Source: a virus. Taken from it: a stretch of 64,000 nt of DNA. The stretch is taken from the IMG/VR virus record IMGVR_UViG_3300027704_000015, positions 1 to 64,000 of that record; one strand, given 5' to 3'. The notes below the pieces were generated by a model. The model was not told the DNA's origin and made no database searches. It saw only the letters and a list, made by a program, of their open reading frames with translations. Position numbers and translations under genes: made by a program. Positions 1-8,695 of this stretch are shown here, in pieces. Within the stretch, counting starts at the first letter, position 1. The number at the start of each line of letters is the position of its first letter.

Positions 1-483
1 GTAGATGAAGGTCTTTGGGCCAATATAAATGCTAAAAAGAAACGAGGTGGTAAATCAGCACCTAAAGGTTCTAAAGCGTATAAAGCAGCAAAAAAAGCTG
101 GTGGTAAGTTAGAGAAGACTAAAGAGTCAGTTATCTATAGAAATGAAGCACTTAAATTAGAAATAATTGAATCCTCTGAACCTATACTATTCCAAGAAGC
201 TGAGTACCAAGGACGTAAAGTAAAGCTTAATAAACCAATGCGTGGTGATACTAAGAAATTTAAAGTATATGTTAATACTGGTAAAAAAACTGCTGATGGT
301 GGAATTAAAGTAAAAAAAGTTAATTTTGGTCACGGTGGTACATCAGCTAAAAAGGCAGGTGAAAAGACAATGAGTATTAGGAAATCAAATCCTAAAGCAA
401 GATCTTCATTTCGAGCTAGACATAAATGTGCTACCCCAGGACCTAAAGATAAAGCTAGGTACTGGAGTTGCAGAAAATGGTAA
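1..483 (+). CDS. 5'-truncated basic modular virion protein (probable internal head protein)
   Basis: Frame 1 is open from base 1 (VDEGLWANINAKKK...FQEAEYQGRKVKLNKPMRGD...ARYWSCRKW); Lys-rich modules bounded by Glu sites. Confidence 0.6.
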   Translation, partial: VDEGLWANINAKKKRGGKSAPKGSKAYKAAKKAGGKLEKTKESVIYRNEALKLEIIESSEPILFQEAEYQGRKVKLNKPMRGDTKKFKVYVNTGKKTADGGIKVKKVNFGHGGTSAKKAGEKTMSIRKSNPKARSSFRARHKCATPGPKDKARYWSCRKW

Positions 484-875
484 TCAAGTTAAAGGATTTA
501 CTATTTGAAAGATTCGATAGACAATCTGTAGTAGATAAAGTATACCCGCAGATAGTAAAGAATTTAGGTAGAGCAAGAAGAGGTACCCCTAAAGTAGAAT
601 TTCACAGCAATATATATGTAAGGATTACAGGCATTGAAGGTATGGAAGGTGAAGCTAATCCACATGCAGAATATGATTGGGAAAACAATAAGATCTATTT
701 GTATACACCTAGGATGACTAACGAAAAAGAAATTATCAAAGGATTGTTACACGAATATACACATGCAACTCAAGATCCAAAGAAAATGGACAAGTATCGT
801 GAGTTAGGTTACAAGAAGAATCCTTACGAAATAGCAGCATCAAGAGCAGAAAAGAACTGGCGAAAGTATACATGA
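477..875 (+). CDS. Leader-bearing zincin-like metallopeptidase
   Basis: ATG 477 gives MVIKLKDLLFE leader; HEYTH (HExxH) plus downstream NPYE. Confidence 0.65.
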   Translation: MVIKLKDLLFERFDRQSVVDKVYPQIVKNLGRARRGTPKVEFHSNIYVRITGIEGMEGEANPHAEYDWENNKIYLYTPRMTNEKEIIKGLLHEYTHATQDPKKMDKYRELGYKKNPYEIAASRAEKNWRKYT

Positions 876-1486
876 TCAAATTAAAAGACATATTAACTGA
901 AGGTATGGGTGATTGTTATCAAGCAGGTGGTAGGTTAATCATGAACTTTTTTGGTGATAAAAGACATAAATTAGTGCATGGCATGGTTAATGGTCAAGGA
1001 GCATTAAAAGGAAAGCGTTATGGACACTGTTGGGTAGAGTCAAGCAATACAGTATTAGACCACTCTAACGGTAGAAAATTAGAAATACCGACAAAAGTAT
1101 ATTATGCATTAGGTAGTGTCAAACGAAATGAATGTAAATATTATACACCTGAACAAGCTGCAAAGATGATGTCAACTAAGAAGCACTGGGGTCCATGGGA
1201 GATGGCTGGAGGTGTAGTAATGGCAGAAGATATACCTGATGCAAGAGGTGAGATAGGTAAGAGACGTATAAAAATTCCATCAGGCTTTTTAAAAAATATT
1301 GATTTAGAAGAAAATTATAAGGATGGTAAGAAGAAAGGAAAAAGCCGTCCAGGTAGAGTTAAAAAATCTGGAGCAAGTTGTGATGGTTCAGTAACTTCAC
1401 TACGTGCTAAAGCAAAGAAGCATGGAGGTGAAAAAGGTAAAATGTATCACTGGTGTGCTAACATGAAAAAAGGCAAAAAGAAATAA
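872..1486 (+). CDS. Leader-bearing transglutaminase/papain-like domain plus basic C-terminal module
   Basis: MIKLKDILTE leader; GDCY...GHCWVE...VLD Cys-His-Asp pattern; Lys-rich tail after DLEE. Confidence 0.55.
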   Translation: MIKLKDILTEGMGDCYQAGGRLIMNFFGDKRHKLVHGMVNGQGALKGKRYGHCWVESSNTVLDHSNGRKLEIPTKVYYALGSVKRNECKYYTPEQAAKMMSTKKHWGPWEMAGGVVMAEDIPDARGEIGKRRIKIPSGFLKNIDLEENYKDGKKKGKSRPGRVKKSGASCDGSVTSLRAKAKKHGGEKGKMYHWCANMKKGKKK

Positions 1487-1492
1487 GAAATA

Positions 1493-1525
1493 AGTTGGTA
1501 GTCTGAGATATATTTCTTATCTTTA
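1493..1525 (+). promoter_or_regulatory. Bacteroidota-type promoter (TTG-N20-TATCTTTA)
   Basis: agTTGgtagtctgagatatatttctTATCTTTA, 8 nt before ATG 1534; one of 21 copies. Confidence 0.8.
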
Positions 1526-1533
1526 TATATAAG

Positions 1534-2052
1534 ATGATAAAACTAAAAACTATATTACGAGAAGGAAAAACTGTAAGTATCTTCGATTTCGATGATACTA
1601 TAGCTCAAAGTGATTCATGGGTATATATAACCAAAAATGGTAAGACCATTAAAAAACTAGATCCAGCTGAATTTGCGGTATATACTCCTAAAGCAGGTGA
1701 AGAGTACGATTTCAGAGACTTCGATAGAAAGCTTAGAAATCCAAGACTTATCAAAAAGAATGCTGACTTACTAAAAAAGCAATTAAAGAAGGGAGGTAGA
1801 AAGGTGACTATACTTACTGCTAGACGTTTAAAAGCTCCCATTAATCACTTCTTTAAAACAATCGGTATACAGCCTTATGTTATCACATTAGGTAGTGCTG
1901 ACCCACAGAAGAAAGCTGAGTACATAGAAAATGAGATAAAGAAAGGATATACTACTATTTATTTTATGGACGATAGTGTGAAGAACTTGAGAGCAGTTGA
2001 TGCTTTAAAACGTAAATATCCGAAAATTAAACTAATAACAAAGATAGCATAA
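1534..2052 (+). CDS. Leader-bearing HAD-superfamily phosphatase
   Basis: MIKLKTILRE leader; FDFDDT motif I, LTAR motif II, FMDDS motif IV. Confidence 0.8.
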   Translation: MIKLKTILREGKTVSIFDFDDTIAQSDSWVYITKNGKTIKKLDPAEFAVYTPKAGEEYDFRDFDRKLRNPRLIKKNADLLKKQLKKGGRKVTILTARRLKAPINHFFKTIGIQPYVITLGSADPQKKAEYIENEIKKGYTTIYFMDDSVKNLRAVDALKRKYPKIKLITKIA

Positions 2053-2053
2053 T

Positions 2054-3454
2054 ATGAAATTTAACATTAAAAACTGGCAAGACAAACACTTAATCAAGGA
2101 ATCTAAATTGAAAGAAATGGATTTCAAAGATAAAGCTGCGTTTGATAAATATCAATCTAAACTTAAAACTAAAATGCGAAAGTCTACCAAAGTAAACATT
2201 GCTGGTAAAGATACTACAGCTGGAGATGCTACTGGAGACGGAAAATCAGCAAGTAAATCAGTTGCACCTTCAACAAATGGTAAAGAGCTATCAGATTTAG
2301 TAAATAATTCTCTAGCTGATTTTGATGGAGAGGGTTATGAAGAAGAAGCAATGGAACAGCTGGATCAATTATTTCAAGATACAGGAGCTTATGGTAAAGA
2401 AGAACTAACATATGAAGATGGTATGAAAGCAATCCAGGATCTTGATAACTACCAGGATGGGGAAGGGATTCATAATGATGAGGATGAAGCTTATGATGCA
2501 AAACTAGAAATGCAGGACCAACTTCAGACGCTTTTTGATGAACCTGAAGGTGGATGGACCAATGACAATAAGGGAAATGTAAAAGCTGATGGCAGTAGTC
2601 ACGATTATGAAGAACTATCTAGAACCACAAAATCATCTCAGACAGGAAGATTTGATGACGATGACGAGGAAGGTGATGACGGTGGAGAACAGCCAGCACC
2701 AGAAGCATCGAATGAATTTGATGGTAACTATGATGGGAAGAAGTACATAGACCCGAAAGAATTAAACGCCGATAACGTAGGCGATTATGATAAGAGTTGG
2801 GCAGGTGAATTTACAGATAACACGAGTGAAACGTATAGTAAAGATACTGCAAGATTAATAATGCGAGGTTTTGCTTGGAACGATCAAGTAGATGGTAAAG
2901 ATTTTAAAGTTAATTTTGCAAAAGATGGGTCAGTTAGTATTAAAACACTAAGTGATAAGGCAAAGAGATTAACGACTGATTCAATGAACGACCCATATAA
3001 GACTGTATATGATGAGAATCCTAGTAAGTATTCAAGACTTCCAAAAAAATCTGTTACTTCAGGAGAACGCAAATACACTGGTGATTACAGTGACCGCGAG
3101 CAAGGTGAAAATTTTAGTGATGGATTTTTTGATGATGTAGAGAAGGAACTTGGACAGACATATAGTTTAGATAAAAAAAATAAAAGGAAATTAAAAAAAG
3201 ATTTATATTATAATGCAAATTCTAAATTTGCTCAAGCAGCAATTGATGCAAAACTAGCTGGTAAAGAGCCTCCAACTGCAACTGCAAGAGACTTCGCTTT
3301 GGAAATAGAAAAGACTCTTAATTATAATAACCAAGTTAAAGATGGTGTTACGCTTACATCTAAAAAAGAATCTGTTACACCTCGATCCACAAGAATACAA
3401 GAAGCAAAGATATATCGAACTATTCAAGAGCTAAAAGGGTTAGAGAAAAAGTAA
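2054..3454 (+). CDS. Acidic putative internal head protein, paralogue 1
   Basis: FNIKNWQDKH leader; N-terminal RKSTK..GK.TTAG module; C-terminus shared with next gene. Confidence 0.55.
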   Translation: MKFNIKNWQDKHLIKESKLKEMDFKDKAAFDKYQSKLKTKMRKSTKVNIAGKDTTAGDATGDGKSASKSVAPSTNGKELSDLVNNSLADFDGEGYEEEAMEQLDQLFQDTGAYGKEELTYEDGMKAIQDLDNYQDGEGIHNDEDEAYDAKLEMQDQLQTLFDEPEGGWTNDNKGNVKADGSSHDYEELSRTTKSSQTGRFDDDDEEGDDGGEQPAPEASNEFDGNYDGKKYIDPKELNADNVGDYDKSWAGEFTDNTSETYSKDTARLIMRGFAWNDQVDGKDFKVNFAKDGSVSIKTLSDKAKRLTTDSMNDPYKTVYDENPSKYSRLPKKSVTSGERKYTGDYSDREQGENFSDGFFDDVEKELGQTYSLDKKNKRKLKKDLYYNANSKFAQAAIDAKLAGKEPPTATARDFALEIEKTLNYNNQVKDGVTLTSKKESVTPRSTRIQEAKIYRTIQELKGLEKK

Positions 3455-3487
3455 TATGCTATTCAATATTAAAAACTGGCAAGACAA
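3368..3487 (+). repeat. ~120-bp direct repeat spanning gene junction (copy 1)
   Basis: gaatctgttacacctcgatccacaagaat...attaaaaactggcaaga recurs at 4782-4901. Confidence 0.9.
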
Positions 3488-4868
3488 GCACCTTATTACA
3501 GAGCTAGATTTCAAAAATCAAAAAGCTTTTCAGAAATATGATGCTGAAAATAAGATACGTAAATCAACTAAAATAACAGTTGGTGGTAAATCAACTACAG
3601 CAGGGGAACAAGGTGGTGGTACATCAAACGGTAAAAAAGCAGCTAAAGCAGGATCTAAAAAACAGCCCGTTTTTCACCACACCGATCTTACTAATTTAAG
3701 ATGGAAAACACTAAATAGAGGAACAGAAAGGGTATTCAAAAGGGAAGCTATTCCTGTGCTGAACGACATGCTAGATGATGTTATAGATAATTATGATGGT
3801 AACTTAGAAGATTATAAAGAAAACGGAATGTCTAATATGCCTCCTAATATAGAGAAAGGATTAGATGCTTTGCATAAAATATCTGCAGACGGAGGTTCTT
3901 CAACTGATGTTGATTCTTTTATGAAAACAGCTTATGATCAAATAGAGCAACATCTTGCTCCCAAAGAACCCCCATCTCCTAAAACTGCTTTTTCAATGAA
4001 AAGCGGAGCAATTGATGGAAACACTTTTGAAAAAATGGTACCTGAGCTCAAAGGATATATAACTAGACAGAGTGACGAAGGAAGGGCAGATCTTATGGCA
4101 TCTGGACTCAAATCAGCAGGTGTATACGGGAAAGGTAACGTAACACTTGCAGACGCAGAAAAAGCAGTCGATAATATATCTCTTGATGACATACAAGCTT
4201 ATCATGATAAGTACAAAATTACTAGTGAAACACCTGATGTTGCAAAAACGGAAATGAAAGATGATCTTAAAAGATTGTTTGATCAAGAACATCGACTCAA
4301 TAAGCAGTTTAAAGTAGCAGCTGGAAACCCACTTGAATTTTCTTATGCTACTGGAGAGAGGATCCCAGGTTGGGCGAATGATCCAAATGGAGGGGAATAC
4401 AAAGTAGGTCCTGAAAATTTACCTGGATATGACATTTCACAAGCTAAGATGTCTACACAAGAAGCAGAGTGGGCAAGAATGGATGCAGTAGGTGGAGAGA
4501 AAGAATATAATAAACAAGCTAAAAAGCTAAAATTCAAAGATGGTCAACTCGTGTCAAAAGTTAGTGATGAAAAAGCTGGATTCAAATTTACAGGAGGTAA
4601 TCCTGATTTTAATGGTAAAGATAATTACGGTGAGGAAGGTGAAGCTGAAATAATTACCATGGCTTCTAAAGTTGAAAAGGGTGAAATTGAGCAATCTGAA
4701 ATGGATAAAAGCTTACATCCTGAAGATCCAAGAATGTCAGATCAAGGTAGAAAAAAAGAACTCGCATCTCAAAATTATGATGAATCTGTTACACCTCGAT
4801 CCACAAGAATTCAAGAAGCAAGGATATATCGAACTATTCAAGAATTGAAAGCTTTAGAGAGAAAGTAA
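3456..4868 (+). CDS. Putative internal head protein, paralogue 2
   Basis: Same leader, N-module and C-terminal ESVTPRSTRIQEA.IYRTIQELK as 2054..3454. Confidence 0.55.
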   Translation: MLFNIKNWQDKHLITELDFKNQKAFQKYDAENKIRKSTKITVGGKSTTAGEQGGGTSNGKKAAKAGSKKQPVFHHTDLTNLRWKTLNRGTERVFKREAIPVLNDMLDDVIDNYDGNLEDYKENGMSNMPPNIEKGLDALHKISADGGSSTDVDSFMKTAYDQIEQHLAPKEPPSPKTAFSMKSGAIDGNTFEKMVPELKGYITRQSDEGRADLMASGLKSAGVYGKGNVTLADAEKAVDNISLDDIQAYHDKYKITSETPDVAKTEMKDDLKRLFDQEHRLNKQFKVAAGNPLEFSYATGERIPGWANDPNGGEYKVGPENLPGYDISQAKMSTQEAEWARMDAVGGEKEYNKQAKKLKFKDGQLVSKVSDEKAGFKFTGGNPDFNGKDNYGEEGEAEIITMASKVEKGEIEQSEMDKSLHPEDPRMSDQGRKKELASQNYDESVTPRSTRIQEARIYRTIQELKALERK

Positions 4869-4901
4869 TATGCGATTTAACATTAAAAACTGGCAAGATA
4901 A
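4782..4901 (+). repeat. ~120-bp direct repeat spanning gene junction (copy 2)
   Basis: Matches 3368-3487 at offset 1414. Confidence 0.9.
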
Positions 4902-5130
4902 AACCTTAAACGAAGCTCCAGCTGTGAGAGGTCTTGAAAAACTTAAAGATAACTACTACGGTATATCAGATGAAATATATGATATTCAGACCAATGTAAA
5001 AAATGTGTTGGGTACTATGGAAGGTGAAGAATGGGTTAAGAGTAAAAATATTGATATGTCAAAAGAAGCAAAACTGTTTAAGCAGATAGAAAAATTATTC
5101 AACCAAAGTAAATTAGGAAAGCATTTATAA
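4870..5130 (+). CDS. Small leader-bearing protein
   Basis: MRFNIKNWQDKTLNE leader. Confidence 0.55.
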   Translation: MRFNIKNWQDKTLNEAPAVRGLEKLKDNYYGISDEIYDIQTNVKNVLGTMEGEEWVKSKNIDMSKEAKLFKQIEKLFNQSKLGKHL

Positions 5131-5131
5131 T

Positions 5132-7990
5132 ATGGAAAAAATAACAGACTTACTAATGAAGTTGAATGAGATTTCCTTTAAATCAGCTGAAGAGTTGAAG
5201 AGGTATAAAGCTAAACATAAAATGCGAGATACTACTAAGGTAACTATTGGTGGTAAAGAAACGACAGCAGGGGAAGCAGAGCCAAAAGCTGATACAACAC
5301 CAAGAAAAGCAGATGGTAGTGTAGATTGGGATGCAATTGCAAATGATCCAAGTAATGTACATGCTAAAGGAACACCACAAGCTGGTGAAGATGATGGTTA
5401 CTTTAATGATGAGGATCATGAAGATGGAAGTAGAGGGACAGGAGTAACAGATGGTGAGAAGAAAGCAGAGCCATCACAAGCTCAGAAAAATGTTAAAAAA
5501 TATCCATCGATGCAAGATGCTGAATCTATAATGGATCAATTTCAGGAAGATGGTTTAGAGAAAGGTGTAGACTATGAAGAAACAACTGCATATGGAGACG
5601 ATGTACCAAACGAAATAGTAGCTTTATCTGATAAAGCTAAAGAGATAGTTGATCAGTATGATGACGAAGATGAAGATTCTGGTGATGAAGGTAGATCTAA
5701 CGATGATCCAGAACTCAGTACAAAAGAAAAATCTCCATATGGGGCTAAACAGAAAGGTATTGGTGCAGGAGGTGATAATTTAACTGGACCTACTTCTGAT
5801 GAGAATTCAGTGTCTGGAGATGCAAAAGCTGAAAAGAAAGTTCTAGAGAAGTTAAGATCTATTACAAAAGATAATGATGTTGATTTATGTTCTATAGCAG
5901 TACCTGGCACTAATCTATTTTGTGCAGGTAACAAACAGATACCTCGTGATGAAATGCCACAATTAAAATCTACAGTAGTTGCAGGTGGTAAAGCTGATGA
6001 ACTAGTTAAAGCTGGTAAGTTAGACATAGATGCTAAAACAGGTGAAGTGAATACTGAAGATCTATTCAAATCGATGCTAGAGAAGGAAGGTATCACAATG
6101 AAAGATCCTGAACCTAGACAGGTAACTTCATTGAAAGCTACTCAAAATCAATTGGTAGGATCAAAAGTTAATATGTTTGCTAAAGTTCTTGCAGGTGATC
6201 AACCTTTTGAAGGTAAAGAGTTACCAGCAGAAGATCTTAAAAAATGGCAAGATGCATTACGAGAACCTATCATAGCTTCTAAAGATGGGTATATACTAGA
6301 TGGTCATCACAGATGGGCAGCTCTTGTTCAGCATGATATAGCAAATGGTGGTACAGGGGATGTTGAAATGGATGTGAAAGAGGTTGATATGGGTGCTACT
6401 GACCTAGTAGATAAAACTAACAAATTTACTAACGATATGGGATTAGCAACTAAATCAGGTGGTAAAGCTAAAGCTACTAAACCTCAATCAAAAATGGACA
6501 AGAGAATTGCTGCTATGCGAGCTCAAGGTATGTTCGGTAAAAAAGAAAAGAAAGAAGGTATTATGAAACTTGCACAGATAATAGAAGAAGAACTTATTGC
6601 AGAACTTAAAGAACGTAATAATCCAGATGATGGAAAAGCTGCTCCTTATGGTTCAGGTTACAACAAAGTAAATGAAGCTAAAGATCGAAAATTGGACAAA
6701 CTATTTCAACGATCTAGAGCTGTTACTTCAAAAAGTGGTGAAGATAAATTATACAAACTATCACAAGACTGGGAAGACTGGAATGTTGATAACGATGATA
6801 AATACGATGATTTAGTAGATCATTTATTTGCAGCAGTTGAACTTGTACAAGACGCTGGTGTTCCTGGTAAAAACAATGTAGTAGCAGATAAGGAATATTA
6901 TAGCTATATGAAATCAGCTGACAAACATCTTAAAACATTTACTAAAGATGTTACAAAAGCAATGAAATTGCATAAAGAAGGTAAATTAAATGAAGATGGT
7001 CATATGGATATACCATCAGCTATCAGAAAATGTAAAGTTATTATAGATGGAGCTCAAGATATCATGGAGAAGTTGGGTGGAATGTCTCAAGAGCAAGATG
7101 ATTTACCATCTTGGTGGATGGACAAAGTAACTCTTGCTACTGATTATATCAATAAAGCAGACGATTATATCAACAATAGTGGTCAGATAAATGATGAAAA
7201 ATTAACGGAAGGTAAACCAATCCCAATGGATACTCCTAATGAATTTGCTTATCTAGACTTTAAAAAATATGTTTATCAGAAACGTAGTATGTTCAAGAAA
7301 GAAATGATGAAGCATGTAAGGAAATCTGACGGACAATCTGATAGCAGTAGAATGTTTAGAACACTATCAGCATTATGGTTTAAATGGGCATATCATAAAG
7401 CTAGAGACTTTAGACATATTAAAGACGATCAAAAATTTGGTAGAGCTTTAATGGTAATGATGGTTAAGGATGATTTAATATTTGATAAGAAAGCTTGGAA
7501 GAAGGATAACAATATGACTCACATTAAAGAGTCAAGAGATCCAGCATCAATTCGAAAAGAATATAAAGAACTTAAAAAACAATCTATAAGTAATCTACGA
7601 CAGGAATGGAGTAGAATGAACAAAGTAGGTAATCCTAATAGTTTAGATAAAGAAGGTTTAGTGTCAGATATATTAAGACAGAGACATGGCGGTAAACATA
7701 TAGATAAAGCTTTTGAAGGTAACGTAACTGAAGCAACAGACTTATGGAAAAAGTTTGATGAGAAGCAAAGATTATACGGTGATGGGATGGATATAGAAAA
7801 CGATCTAAAAAACATCACAGCAACCATCAAACAACTACATAAAAATATGGAACAGGAAGCTGAACCAGAAGGTGGTAAGATAGCTGATAAATATGGTAGG
7901 CAGCTCGATAAATATGAAAAGATGTATAAGAAAAGAAAATCTGATCTTAAAAAGGTTTTTTCTAAAATAGACAAATTAGAGCAATACTAA
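5132..7990 (+). CDS. Multi-module polyprotein with ParB/Srx-like domain
   Basis: LKATQ...PIIASKDGYILDGHHRWAA ParB-N motif; internal linkers EGKLNE, EKLTE, EGNVTE. Confidence 0.7.
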   Translation: MEKITDLLMKLNEISFKSAEELKRYKAKHKMRDTTKVTIGGKETTAGEAEPKADTTPRKADGSVDWDAIANDPSNVHAKGTPQAGEDDGYFNDEDHEDGSRGTGVTDGEKKAEPSQAQKNVKKYPSMQDAESIMDQFQEDGLEKGVDYEETTAYGDDVPNEIVALSDKAKEIVDQYDDEDEDSGDEGRSNDDPELSTKEKSPYGAKQKGIGAGGDNLTGPTSDENSVSGDAKAEKKVLEKLRSITKDNDVDLCSIAVPGTNLFCAGNKQIPRDEMPQLKSTVVAGGKADELVKAGKLDIDAKTGEVNTEDLFKSMLEKEGITMKDPEPRQVTSLKATQNQLVGSKVNMFAKVLAGDQPFEGKELPAEDLKKWQDALREPIIASKDGYILDGHHRWAALVQHDIANGGTGDVEMDVKEVDMGATDLVDKTNKFTNDMGLATKSGGKAKATKPQSKMDKRIAAMRAQGMFGKKEKKEGIMKLAQIIEEELIAELKERNNPDDGKAAPYGSGYNKVNEAKDRKLDKLFQRSRAVTSKSGEDKLYKLSQDWEDWNVDNDDKYDDLVDHLFAAVELVQDAGVPGKNNVVADKEYYSYMKSADKHLKTFTKDVTKAMKLHKEGKLNEDGHMDIPSAIRKCKVIIDGAQDIMEKLGGMSQEQDDLPSWWMDKVTLATDYINKADDYINNSGQINDEKLTEGKPIPMDTPNEFAYLDFKKYVYQKRSMFKKEMMKHVRKSDGQSDSSRMFRTLSALWFKWAYHKARDFRHIKDDQKFGRALMVMMVKDDLIFDKKAWKKDNNMTHIKESRDPASIRKEYKELKKQSISNLRQEWSRMNKVGNPNSLDKEGLVSDILRQRHGGKHIDKAFEGNVTEATDLWKKFDEKQRLYGDGMDIENDLKNITATIKQLHKNMEQEAEPEGGKIADKYGRQLDKYEKMYKKRKSDLKKVFSKIDKLEQY

Positions 7991-8307
7991 TGATTAAATT
8001 AAAAAATATGTTAAACGAAGCAGGTGATCAATGGACAGTAAAAGATATTCTGGTATTGCAAAAAGCTCATGAGCGAGTATTGAAATCAACCAAATCATTA
8101 CAAAAAGCTGTAGCTGCATTAGATAAATTATCTATGAAAAATGCTAACAAGCCAAATGGTAAAATGTTTACTGCTGATTCAAGCAATATGCTTAAAGCAT
8201 TCAAGTCAGGGGTAATGCCAGGTAGTAAGTTTTGGAAAGGTTGGGAGGAATTTATGAAGGGTGCTGAAGCTGCATTTCCTAATAATTGGAAAAAGACAAG
8301 ATCATGA
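7990..8307 (+). CDS. Leader-bearing hypothetical protein
   Basis: MIKLKNMLNE leader. Confidence 0.6.
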   Translation: MIKLKNMLNEAGDQWTVKDILVLQKAHERVLKSTKSLQKAVAALDKLSMKNANKPNGKMFTADSSNMLKAFKSGVMPGSKFWKGWEEFMKGAEAAFPNNWKKTRS

Positions 8308-8582
8308 TAAAGCTTAAAGATATATTAAGCGAAGCTAAAGTAAAAACTATAGATATATGGTTTGAGGAAAGCCGTGGAAGATTTTATAAAGTAATAATCA
8401 ATGGTAATAGAGCTCCAAGAGAATGGAGTAGTTGGAAAGATGCACAAGAGTCTTTAACTAAATTGCTAGGTTGGACGATTTATTTAAGATCGATAGATCA
8501 TGATGAGTTAGATAAAGCTGCTAAACAATTAAAAAAGCAAGGTATCAAACTAACTTATGATGAATCAATGGATGTATCCTAA
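8304..8582 (+). CDS. Leader-bearing hypothetical protein
   Basis: ATG 8304 (ATGA overlap with previous stop) gives MIKLKDILSE. Confidence 0.6.
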   Translation: MIKLKDILSEAKVKTIDIWFEESRGRFYKVIINGNRAPREWSSWKDAQESLTKLLGWTIYLRSIDHDELDKAAKQLKKQGIKLTYDESMDVS

Positions 8583-8608
8583 AACCTACTGTATTCCTTA
8601 AGCAACAG

Positions 8609-8625
8609 CTATTTATTATAGATAA
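8609..8625 (+). promoter_or_regulatory. Candidate late promoter CTATTTATTATAGATAA
   Basis: Identical 17-mer at 21323-21339; both intergenic and upstream of virion-type genes. Confidence 0.5.
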
Positions 8626-8695
8626 ATCCTGGTACTGTACCAGAAGAGTTCAACTAACTACCGAGTAAATACTCGATGATCTTCGGAGAAACAAG

